From positions 192,001 through 256,000 of the forward strand of contig CAVPSB010000014.1 in the NCBI GenBank assembly GCA_963708025.1: a stretch of DNA of 64,000 bases. Direction: 5' to 3'. The notes below the pieces were generated by a model, which worked only from the letters and a program-made list of their open reading frames with translations, was not told the DNA's origin and searched no databases. Shown one piece after another: positions 1-9,745 of this stretch. The position numbers were made by a program, and so were the translations under genes. Each line of letters begins with the position of its first letter. Position 1 is the stretch's first letter. Source of the DNA: an uncultured Candidatus Rokubacteria bacterium. GTDB lineage: Bacteria > Methylomirabilota > Methylomirabilia > Rokubacteriales > DASRDR01.

Positions 1-1631
1 GTCGACGAGAGCGCGATCACCGGCGAGAGCGCGCCGGTGATCCGCGAGAGCGGCGGCGACCGCAGCGCCGTCACCGGCGGCACCCGCGTGCTCTCGGACT
101 GGCTGATCGTCCGCATCACCGCCAACCCGGGCGAGACCTTCCTCGACCGCATGATCGCCCTGGTCGAGGGCGCCAAGCGCCAGAAGACGCCGAACGAGAT
201 CGCGCTCAACATCCTGCTGGCGGCGCTGACGATCATCTTCCTGCTCGCCACGCGCGACGCTGCTGCCGTTCTCGCATCTACAGCGTGAGGCGGCGCGGCC
301 AGGGCACGCCGGTCACGGTGACCGTGCTGGTCGCGCTGCTGGTCTGCCTGATCCCGACGACGATCGGCGGGCTGCTGTCGGCGATCGGCATCGCCGGCAT
401 GGACCGCATGATCCAGGCCAACGTCATCGCCATGTCGGGCCGCGCGGTCGAGGCGGCCGGCGACGTGGACGTGCTGCTGCTCGACAAGACCGGCACGATC
501 ACGCTGGGCAACCGCCAGGCGACCGCGTTCATCCCCGCCGCCGGGCGTCGACGAGCGGGAGCCTGGCCGACGCGGCCCAGCTCGCCTCGCTGGCCGACGA
601 GACGCCCGAGGGGCGCAGCATCGTCGTCCTGGCCAAGGAGAAGTACGGCCTCCGCGAGCGCGACGTCCACGAGACTCGGCGCCACGTTCGTTCCCTTCAC
701 GCGCGCAGACCCGGATGAGCGGCGTCGACCTGGACGGCCGCGCAGATCCGCAAGGGCGCCGCCGACGCCGATCGAGGCCTACGTGCGGCAGCCAGGGCGG
801 CGACGTTCCCGGCCGACGTGCGGCACGATGGTCGAGCGGATCGCCAAGCGAGGGCGGCGACGCCCGCTGGTCGTCGCCGACGGCGCGCACGGTGCTCGGC
901 GTCATCCAGCTCAAGGACATCGTCAAGGGCGGCATCCGGAGCGCTTCGCCGAGCTGCGCCGGATGGGCATCAAGACGGTGATGATCACCGGCGACAACCC
1001 GCTGACCGCCGCGGCCATCGCCGCCGAGGCCGGCGTCGACGACTTCCTGGCCGAGGCCACGCCCGAGGCCAAGCTGAAGCTGATCCGCGAGCTACCAGGC
1101 CGGCGGGCGGCTGGTGGCGATGACCGGCGACGGCACCAACGACGCGCCGGCGCTGGCCCAGGCCGACGTGGCGGTGGCGATGAACACCGGCACCCAGGCC
1201 GCCAAGGAAGCCGGCAACATGGTCGACCTCGACTCCAACCCGACCAAGCTGATCGAGATCGTCGAGATCGGCAAGCAGCTGCTGATGACGCGCGGCGCGC
1301 TGACGACGTTCAGCATCGCCAACGACGTCGCCAAGTACTTCGCGATCATCCCGGCGGCCTTCGCCACCACCTACCCGGCGCTCGAACGCGCTGAACGTCA
1401 TGCACCTGGCCACGCCCGCAGAGCGCGATCCTGTCGGCGGTGATCTTCAACGCGCTGATCATCATCGCGCTGATCCCGCTGGCGCTGCGCGGCGTGCGCT
1501 ACCGGCCGCTCGGCGCCGTCGGCGCTGCTGCGCCGCAACCTGCTGATCTACGGCGTCGGCGGCGCTGATCGCGCCGTTCATCGGCATCAAGCTGATCGAC
1601 CTGCTCCTGGTCGCCCTGCGGCCTGGCCTGA
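1..1631 (+). CDS. kdpB: K+-transporting ATPase subunit B, 5'-partial, split by several indels
   Basis: [41 protein letters not shown] phosphorylation motif, [18 protein letters not shown] and [13 protein letters not shown] spread over ORFs 37-288, 285-1394 and 1114-1443; stop TGA 1629-1631. Confidence 0.95.
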
Positions 1632-1645
1632 GCGACGCCGAAGCG

Positions 1646-2239
1646 ATGCCACGACACATGCGACCAGCTCGACCCGGCGCTCGTGATCCTGGTGCTGCTC
1701 ACGCGTCATCACCGGCGTCGTCTATCCGCTGCTGGTCACCGGCATCGCCCAGGTCGTCGTTCCCGCGCCAGGCCAACGGCAGCCTGATCGTGCGGGACGG
1801 CAAGGCGGTCGGCTCGGAGCCTGATCGGCCAGCCGTTCGCCGACCCGAAGTACTTCTGGGGCCGGCCTCTCGGCCACCGCGCCGTTCGCCGTACAACGCC
1901 GGCGCCTCGACCGGCTCGAACCTCGGGCCGCTCCAACCCGGCGCTCGACGACGCGGCGCAAGGCGCGATCGACGCGCTGCGGGCGGCCGATCCCGGCAAC
2001 ACGGCGCCGATCCCGGTCGACCTGGTCACCGCCTCCGGCAGCGGGCTCGACCCGCACATCAGCCCGGCCGCGGCGCTGCTACCAGGTGCGGCGGGTCGCG
2101 AAGGCGCGCGGGCTGGACGAGGCGGCGGTCCGCCAGCTCGTCGAGCAGCACATCGAGGGCCGCCAGCTCGGCGTGCTCGGCGAGCCGCGCGTCAACGTCC
2201 TCGCGCCTGAACCTGGCGCTCGACGGCGCCGCGGGCTGA
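1646..2239 (+). CDS. kdpC: K+-transporting ATPase subunit C, frameshifted
   Basis: [54 protein letters not shown] and LNLALD across frames; follows kdpB. Confidence 0.93.
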   Translation: MPRHMRPARPGARDPGAAHASSPASSIRCWSPASPRSSFPRQANGSLIVRDGKAVGSEPDRPAVRRPEVLLGPASRPPRRSPYNAGASTGSNLGPLQPGARRRGARRDRRAAGGRSRQHGADPGRPGHRLRQRARPAHQPGRGAATRCGGSRRRAGWTRRRSASSSSSTSRAASSACSASRASTSSRLNLALDGAAG

Positions 2240-2369
2240 CCGCGCGCGAGAGGAGCCCGAGCATGGCCCGCCCCGGCCGTAGGCACGGGACGGCCGGGTC
2301 CCCACGCCGAGCGGGGGCCGGCCCGGACGGGCGAGGCCCGGCGGGCCGAGCCCGGCCGGAGGGCGCAGC

Positions 2370-4216
2370 GTGAATCCCTTCAGCCTCTGCAGTACGCCCT
2401 GTTCCTCGGCCTCGTGCTCCTGCTCGTCCGGCCGGTCGGCCGGTACCTGGAGCGCGTCTTCGCCGGCGAGCGGACGTTCCTCGATCCCGTGATGCGTCCG
2501 CTCGAGCGGGCGATCTATCGGTGGGCCGGCGTCGATCCGCGCGAGGAGATGGACTGGAAGCGATACGCCACCGCGTTCCTGCTGTTCAGCCTCGCCGGGA
2601 CGCTGCTCCTCTACGTGATCCTGCGCCTCCAGCCCGTCCTCCACACCTTCGACCCGGCGTTCCGGCCCGACCCGGTGGCGCCCGACCTGGCGATGAACAC
2701 GGCCATCAGCTTCGCGACCACGACCACGTGGCAGGCCTACGGCGGCGAGACCACCATGAGCTACTTCAGCCAGATCGTGGGACTGGCGGCCCAGAACTTC
2801 CTGGCCGGCGCGGCGGGGCTGGCCGTCGGGATCGCGTTCATCCGCGGGCTGGCCCGCGAGCGACGACGGCCGCTGGGCAACTTCTGGGTGGACCTGGTGC
2901 GGGCGATCCTGTGGGTGCTGCTGCCGCTCTGCGTCGTGGGCAGCCTGGTGCTCGTCTGGCAGGGGGTGCCGCTCAACTTCAACCCCTACCAGGCGGTGCC
3001 GCTGCTCCAGTCGACGAAGGCCGCGGACGGGCGGCCGTCACGACGCAGGTCCTGCCCAGGGGCCGGTCGCGGCGCTCGAGTTCATCAAGAACCTGGGCAC
3101 CAACGGCGGCGGCTTCTTCAATGCGAACGGCGCGCACCCCTACGAGAACCCGACGCCGCTGACGAACTTGCTCGAGATGCTGGCCATCGTGGTGCTGCCG
3201 GCCGCGCTGACCCACACCTTCGGGCGGATGGTCGGGCGCCCGCGCCAGGGCTGGCTGCTGTTCGGGGTCATGGTCGTGCTCTTCGTGGCGGGCCTCGTCG
3301 CGTGTGAGTGGGCCGAGCAGCGCGGGAACCCGCATCTGGCCGGGCTCGGCGTGGACATCGTGGCCAGCGATGCCCAGCCGGGCGGCAACATGGAGGGCAA
3401 GGAGACACGGTTCGGCATCGGGGGCTCGGTGCTGGCGGCGGTCACCACCTCGAACGGCGCGACAGGCTCGTACAACTCGATGCACGACAGCTATACGCCG
3501 CTCGGCGGAGCGGTGCCGCTCGTCAACATGCTGCTGGGCGAGATCGTCTTCGGCGGGCTCGGCACCGGCCTGTACAGCATGATCATGATGGCCCTGATCG
3601 GGGTCTTCGTGGCCGGGCTCATGGTCGGGCGGACCCCGGAGTACCTGGGCAAGCAGATCACCATTCCGGAGATGAAGCTGATCGCGCTGTACACGATCGT
3701 GGCGCCCTTGGTGATCCTGCCGCTCACCGCGCTGGCGGTGGTGACGGACTGGGACTGGGCACGCTCTACCGGCCGGCGCGGCGTTCGACGATCTCGAACC
3801 CCGGCGCGCACGGCTTCACCGAGATGCTCTTCGCGTACGCGAGCTGCTTTGCCAACAACGGCCAGAACTTCGCCGGCCTCGGCGCCAACACCCCGTTCTA
3901 CAACGTCACCATCGCGCTGGCGATGATCGCCGGGCGCTTCGGCCTGGCGATCCCGGCGCTCGCGCTGGCCGGGCGCTTCGCGCAGCAGCAGCGCCGGCCC
4001 CCCGGGCACGGGACGCTGCCGACGGAGACGCCGCTGTTCGGCGCCCTGGTCATCGGCACGATCCTGATCGTCGGCGCCTTGAGCTACTTCCCGGCCCTCG
4101 CCCTGGGGCCGATCGTCGAGCATCTGCTGCTTGATCCCGGGACCATGATTCGGATCCACGCCGGACGGGGTCCCGACCGGATGGCAGGTGGCCGTGATCC
4201 AGGCGGGTGGAGGTGA
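2370..4216 (+). CDS. kdpA: KdpA-like K+-channel subunit with divergent pore motifs, frameshifted
   Basis: GGAGG 2358-2362 before GTG 2370; [71 protein letters not shown]. Confidence 0.92.
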
Positions 4217-4221
4217 GCGGG

Positions 4222-5196
4222 ATGCTGACGATCTTCACGAACCCGGCCTACGACTTCATCGGGAAGCGGCGCTGGGCCTACGCGGTCTCCATCGCCGTCA
4301 TGCTCCTCGGACTCGGCTCGATGCTCGTCAAGGGCGGACTGCTGTACGACATCGACTTCACCGGCGGGACGCTGGTGGAGGTGCGGCTGGCACAGCCGGC
4401 GCCGATCGCGACGGTCCGCTCGCGCCTGGCCACGGTCGGACTCGGCGAGAGCATCCTCCAGGTCTTCGATGATCCGCGGGATGTCCTGATCCGGACCCAC
4501 TCCACCTCGACGAGCCCGACGGAGCTGAGTCGACGGATCGTCGAGGCGCTGGATCCGGACGGGACGAGCCCCACCGAGGTCCGGCGCGTGGAGTTCATCG
4601 GGCCCCAGATCGGCGGCGAGCTGCGCTGGCAGGCGGCGTACGCCGTCCTCGCCGCGCTCGGCGGGATTCTCCTCTACGTCTGGCTGCGCTTCGACTTCCG
4701 GGGTGGGGTGGTGACGATCATCAGCCTGGCGCACGACGTGTTCATCTGCCTGGGGGCGCTCTCCCTGACGAACCGGGAGTTCTCCCTGTCGGTGCTGGCC
4801 GCCCTCCTGACCGTGATCGGATTCTCCGTCAACGACCGGATCGTGATGTACGACCGGCTGCGGGAGATCCGGTCCCGGACGACGCAGGCGAAGGTCCCGT
4901 TCGCCCAGCAGGTGAACCTCGCGGTGAATCAGACGCTGTCCCGAACGGTGCTGACGGTCGCGACCATCGTCCTCTCGGCCGGAATGCTCTTCGTGTTCGG
5001 CGGCCGGGCTCTCGAGAGCTTCGGCTTCGTGATCCTGGTGGGAGCGGTGACGGGCGTCACGTCCACGGTCTACGTGGCGGGGGCCCTGGACGTGGACTGG
5101 TCGGCCTGGGCCGACCGCCTCCGGGCGCAGCGTCCCGGAGCCGGAGGGTCCGGCCGCCCGCGCCGGGCCGCGGCCAGGCCCCGGGCCTCCTCGTGA
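4222..5196 (+). CDS. secF: Protein translocase subunit SecF, with no adjacent SecD
   Basis: IDFTGGT, VEFIGPQIGGEL, AHDV, IGFSVNDRIVMYDRLRE, VNQTLSRT; SD GGAGG 4209-4213. Confidence 0.9.
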   Translation: MLTIFTNPAYDFIGKRRWAYAVSIAVMLLGLGSMLVKGGLLYDIDFTGGTLVEVRLAQPAPIATVRSRLATVGLGESILQVFDDPRDVLIRTHSTSTSPTELSRRIVEALDPDGTSPTEVRRVEFIGPQIGGELRWQAAYAVLAALGGILLYVWLRFDFRGGVVTIISLAHDVFICLGALSLTNREFSLSVLAALLTVIGFSVNDRIVMYDRLREIRSRTTQAKVPFAQQVNLAVNQTLSRTVLTVATIVLSAGMLFVFGGRALESFGFVILVGAVTGVTSTVYVAGALDVDWSAWADRLRAQRPGAGGSGRPRRAAARPRASS

Positions 5197-6317
5197 GCCC
5201 GGCGAGCGGTCTCTTCCTGGGCGTCGGCCCGGTCCTGGGCGTCCCGCTTCGCGTGCACGCGAGCTGGTTCGTCACCGTGCCGCTCCTCGCCGCGGTCCTC
5301 GCGACCGGATCGTTTCCCCGGCACCTGCCCGCCAGCCCGCCGGCGGTGCACTGGGTCTACGGGCTGATCGGAGCACTCCTCCTCTTCGCGTCGGTGCTGC
5401 TGCACGAGCTCTCCCACGCGCTGATGGCGCGGCGGCGGGGGCTGCCCGTGGCCCGGATCACGCTGCACGGCCTGGGCGGGGTGGCGGAGCTCGAGCGCGA
5501 GCCCGCGTCGCCGCCGGACGAGCTCTGGATCACGATCGCCGGTCCCATGACGAGCTACGCGCTGGCGCTGGCCGGCGGGGTCGCCTTGCTCGTGCCCGGG
5601 GCACCGCCCGGCGTGACGTCGGTGCTCGGCCACTTCGTGGTCATGAACCTCACGGTGGGCACCTTCAACCTGGTGCCGGGCTTTCCGCTCGACGGCGGCC
5701 GGCTGCTGCGCGCGGCGCTGTGGGCGTGGCACGGCGACCACGACCGGGCCACCCGGTCGGCGAGCCGGGTCGGTGCGGTCGTGGCCATGGCGCTGGTCGG
5801 GCTGGGCATCGTGTCGACGGCGCGCACCGGCGCGATCGCCGGACTCTGGCTCGTCGCGGTCGGGCTCTACCTCCGGCGAGCCGCGGGCGCCGCCGGGGTC
5901 CGGCTGGCCGTCCAGCGGGCGCTCGAGCCCATTCCGGTCCGTGTCGCGATGACCTTCGAGAGCGCCGCCGTGCCGGCCGACACCACCGTCGACGAGCTGG
6001 TCCGCGATCACTTCTCGCCCGAGGGCACCGGCTCCGCCGTCCTCGGTGCCGGCGGCGCCGTCGTCGGCATCGTGACCTACCGCGAGGTGGGGGCGGTGCC
6101 CGAGGAGGAGCGGTCGACCACCACCGTGTCCGACGTCATGGTGGGCCTCGCGGATGACCTGACGACGGCGCCGGCCGCCTCCTGCTGGGACGCCTTTTGC
6201 CGGCTGCAGCGCGTGGCCGGCGGCCGCCTCCTGGTGCTCGAGGACGGGCGCCTGGTCGGGACGCTCGGTCTCGACGACCTGGCCCCGCTGCTGGCGTGGT
6301 CGCGCCGGCGGCCGTGA
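5193..6317 (+). CDS. Site-2 (M50) membrane zinc protease with C-terminal CBS pair
   Basis: HELSH, AGP and FNLVPGFPLDGG motifs, TM segments, CBS-like C-terminus; GTGA overlap with secF. Confidence 0.9.
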   Translation: MSPASGLFLGVGPVLGVPLRVHASWFVTVPLLAAVLATGSFPRHLPASPPAVHWVYGLIGALLLFASVLLHELSHALMARRRGLPVARITLHGLGGVAELEREPASPPDELWITIAGPMTSYALALAGGVALLVPGAPPGVTSVLGHFVVMNLTVGTFNLVPGFPLDGGRLLRAALWAWHGDHDRATRSASRVGAVVAMALVGLGIVSTARTGAIAGLWLVAVGLYLRRAAGAAGVRLAVQRALEPIPVRVAMTFESAAVPADTTVDELVRDHFSPEGTGSAVLGAGGAVVGIVTYREVGAVPEEERSTTTVSDVMVGLADDLTTAPAASCWDAFCRLQRVAGGRLLVLEDGRLVGTLGLDDLAPLLAWSRRRP

Positions 6318-6496
6318 CCGCCCGCGCCAGGACGCGCCTGGGCGGCGCGGTCTGGCTCCGGACGGCTTCGCGTACAATGCACCCGGGCACCGAGTCCCGT
6401 GCTGGCTCACGTGATCCCGGAAGGGCGGCGGTCCGGCCGCCGCGCCGAGGAGGGCCCGATGTCGACAGACCCTGACCGCGCGCCGGGAGGTGGCCG

Positions 6497-7330
6497 GTGA
6501 TCCGCCGGCTCCTGGTCGCCATGGACGGCACGGCTCACGCCGACGCCGCTGCCGCGCTCGCGATCGACTGGGGGCGCCGCTTCGGCCCCGAGCTCGTCGG
6601 CCTGGGTGTCTTCGACGAGCTCTCGATCTCCCCCCGGGAGGCCGTCCCGCTGGGCGGGACCGCGTACAAGCGCCATCGCGACGAGGTGCGCCGCGCCGAG
6701 GCCCACGAGCGCATCACGCAGTTCCTCGCGGAGTTCGGGCGACGCTGCGTCGAGGCGGGCGTCCGGTGTGGGGTCGTGGAGGAGATCGGTCGACCGGACG
6801 AGCAGATCGTCCGGGAAGCGGAGAGCTGTGACGCCGTCGTGCTGGGCCGGGAGGCCAACTTCCAGTTCGAGAAGCCGGACCGGCCCGACCCGACGCTGAG
6901 CCACCTCCTCCGCCAGAGCCCGCGTCCCGTCGTGGTCGTCCCGCGCGAGCCGGTGACCGGTGGGGGCATGCTCGTCGCCTACGGCGCAGGCCGCGAGGTC
7001 ATGCGGACGCTCCAGACCTTCGTGCTCCTCGGGCTGGCGGGCGACGAGATCGTCGACCTGCTCGCGATCCACCCCGAGTACGCGGAGGCCGAGCGGCGCC
7101 TCCGGGGCCCGGCGCGGTTCCTGGCCGGGCACGGCGTGCGGAGCCGCCTGCAGCCGCTGGCCTCCGACCAGGCGCCCGCCGAGGTGATCCTCCAGGAAGT
7201 CCGGCGCCTGCGGTCGGGCCTCCTCGTCATGGGGGCCCACGGCCACCATCCGCTCCGCGACCTCTTCTTCACCTCGGTGACGCGGGCGGTCCTGAAGGAG
7301 GCGCCGGTGCCGGTGTTCGTGGGGGCGTGA
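6497..7330 (+). CDS. Universal stress protein (tandem USP domains)
   Basis: RRLLVAMDG, LLRQSPRPVVVVP, LLVMGAHG...SVTRAVLKEAPVPVFV. Confidence 0.9.
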   Translation: MIRRLLVAMDGTAHADAAAALAIDWGRRFGPELVGLGVFDELSISPREAVPLGGTAYKRHRDEVRRAEAHERITQFLAEFGRRCVEAGVRCGVVEEIGRPDEQIVREAESCDAVVLGREANFQFEKPDRPDPTLSHLLRQSPRPVVVVPREPVTGGGMLVAYGAGREVMRTLQTFVLLGLAGDEIVDLLAIHPEYAEAERRLRGPARFLAGHGVRSRLQPLASDQAPAEVILQEVRRLRSGLLVMGAHGHHPLRDLFFTSVTRAVLKEAPVPVFVGA

Positions 7331-7352
7331 GGCGGCCGGAGGGCCTCCGCCG

Positions 7353-9408
7353 GTGATCGAGCACCGACCCGACCCGGACGCGCTGCTGGAGCGGGTGCGC
7401 CAGGAGGAGGCCCGGCGCGCCCGCGGCCGGCTCAAGGTGTTCTTCGGCGCCGCCGCCGGGGTGGGGAAGACCTACGCCATGCTCGTGGAGGCCCGGGAGC
7501 GGCGGGCCGCCGGCGTCGACGTGCTGGTCGGGTACGTCGAGCCCCACGCCCGGCCGGAGACCCAGGCGCTGCTCGACGGGCTCGAGCAGCTGCCGCCCCG
7601 GACGGTGGAGCACCGGGGTGCGCGGCTCCAGGAATTCGACCTGGACGCGGCCCTCGCCCGACGCCCCGCCGCTGGTCCTGGTCGACGAGCTGGCGCACAC
7701 CAACGCCCCCGGCGCTCGCCACGCCAAGCGCTGGCAGGACGTGCTCGAGCTGCTGAAGGCGGGCATCGACGTCTACACGACCTGCAACGTGCAGCACATC
7801 GAGAGCCTGAACGACGTGGTCGCCAAGATCACCGGCGTCCAGGTGCGGGAGACCGTGCCGGACTCGGTCCTGGAGGAGGCGGACGAGGTCGAGCTGGTCG
7901 ACCTCCCGCCCGACGACCTGCTCCAGCGCCTGCGGGAGGGCAAGATCTACCTCCCCGAGCAGGCGGAGCGGGCGGTCGAGAAGTTCTTCCGCAAGGGGAA
8001 CCTGATCGCGCTCCGCGAGCTGGCCCTGCGGACCACCGCCGCCCGCGTGGACGCCCAGATGGACGTCTACCGCCGGGACCACGCCATCCCGACGCCGTGG
8101 CCGGTGACCGAGCGCATCCTGGTCTGCGTCAGCCCCAGCCCGTCCGCCGCCCGCGTGGTGCGGGCCGCTCGCCGGATGGCGGCCGGGCTGCGGGCCGAGT
8201 GGGTCGTGGCCTACGTGGAGACGCCGGCGCAGGCGCGCCTTCCCCAGGCCGAGCGCGACCGCGCGACACAGCACCTCCGGCTCGCGGAGCAGCTCGGGGC
8301 GGAGACGGTCACGCTCACCGGCCACAGCGTGGCCGACGAGGTCGTCGCCCACGCCCGGCAGAAGAACGTCAGCAAGATCGTGATCGGCAAGCCCGCCGGG
8401 TCCCGGTGGCGGGAGGTCCTTTTCGGCTCGGTGGTCAACGACCTGGTCCGGAAGAGCGGCGACATCGACGTCTACCTGATCACCGGAGAGCAGGAAGCGC
8501 CGCGCGCGGCCACCCCGCAGCCCCGTCCCGAGCGGATCGACTGGCGAGCGTACGGCCTGGCGCTCGGGGTCGTGGCCCTCTGTACCGGCGTGAGCGCGGT
8601 CGTCTTCCCGTACCTCGAGCTCGTCAATCTGGTCATGGTCTATCTGCTCGGCGTGGTGCTGGTCGCCACCCGGTCGGGGCGCGGCCCATCGATCCTGGCG
8701 TCGATCCTCAGCGTGGGCGCCTTCGACTTCTTCTTCGTGCCGCCCTATCTCAGCTTCGCGGTGTCCGACACCCAGTACCTCGTGACCTTCGCCGTCATGC
8801 TCCTGGTCGCCGCGGTCATCAGCACGCTGACGGTCCGGGTTCGCCAGCGGGCGGAGTCGGCCCGCGAGCGCGAGCGCCGGACGGCCGCGCTCTACGCGAT
8901 CAGCCGCGAGTTCGCCGGAACGCGCGGGGTGGACGAGCTGGTGCGGGTGGCGGTCCGTCACGTCGGCGACGTCTTCTCGAGCGAGGTGGGAGTCCTCCTG
9001 CCCGACGCCGCCGGCCGTCTGGCTCCCCGGGCGGTCGCGCAGTCGATGGCGGAGGCGGATTCGAGCGAGCGCGGGGTGAGCCAGTGGGTCTACGAGCACG
9101 GCCAGATGGCCGGTCTCGGGAGCGACACCCTGCCGGGCGCCCGGGCGCTCTACCTGCCCCTGGTGGCTTCCCGGGGCACGATCGGGGTCCTGGGGGTGCA
9201 GCCCGCGAGCCCGCAGGCTCTGGCGGCGCCCGAACAGCTCCACCTGCTCGAGACCTTCGCCGCCCAGACCGCCCTGGCGATCGAGCGGGCCATCCTGGCG
9301 GAGGCGGCGCAGCAGGCGCAGCTCCGCGCGGAGTCGGAGCGACTCCGGAGCGCGCTCGGTGCGGGCTCACACGAGAAGCCACCGGAGGTCCGGCTCGACG
9401 CGGGTTAG
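7353..9408 (+). CDS. kdpD: KdpD sensor (KdpD-USP-4TM-GAF) lacking the histidine kinase core; one indel near 7670
   Basis: RGRLKVFFGAAAGVGKTYAML, LVDELAHTN, KRWQDV, NVQHIESLND, FFRKGNLIALRELAL, USP domain, DFFFVPPY TM region, GAF; stop 9408 just after ERLRSAL. Confidence 0.9.
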
Positions 9409-9439
9409 CCGGCGGGCAGCGTTCCGCGAGGAGGGATCC

Positions 9440-9570
9440 ATGAGTCGAGAAGACCCGATCGAGTGTGGCTGGCCGTCGCCGGGCTGGGCGCCGTCGCGCT
9501 CGGAGTCGCGCTGATCCTGCTCCGAGCGGTCACGTCGGCGTCGAACCTGGCCTTCGTGTTCCTGGCGTTC
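9440..9570 (+). pseudogene. 5' remnant paralogue of the DUF4118 gene at 11314
   Basis: Near-identical DNA to 11314-11445 including the upstream RBS region; 1-nt deletion and truncation. Confidence 0.85.
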
Positions 9571-9578
9571 CCCCACGT

Positions 9579-9653
9579 CGGGATCTCTTCTTCACGTCGG
9601 TCACGCGCGCGGTGCTGAAGGAGGCGCCGGTGCCGGTGATGGTCGGCGCCTGA
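9579..9653 (+). pseudogene. 3' remnant paralogue of the USP gene
   Basis: Encodes RDLFFTSVTRAVLKEAPVPVMVGA*, versus RDLFFTSVTRAVLKEAPVPVFVGA* at 7256-7330. Confidence 0.85.
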
Positions 9654-9745
9654 ACGACGGATCCGGGACCAGCTGACCGAGGAGAGTTAGCGGCGGTCAC
9701 GTCGGAGGTCCATCTCAACCTGTACAATACGGGCGAGGCCCAGGA

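Noticed and set aside
1-3810. kdpB, kdpC and kdpA as pseudogenes
   Set aside because: Dense single-base indels with conserved motifs continuing in alternate frames, clustered in patches across the window, fit long-read consensus errors better than decay.
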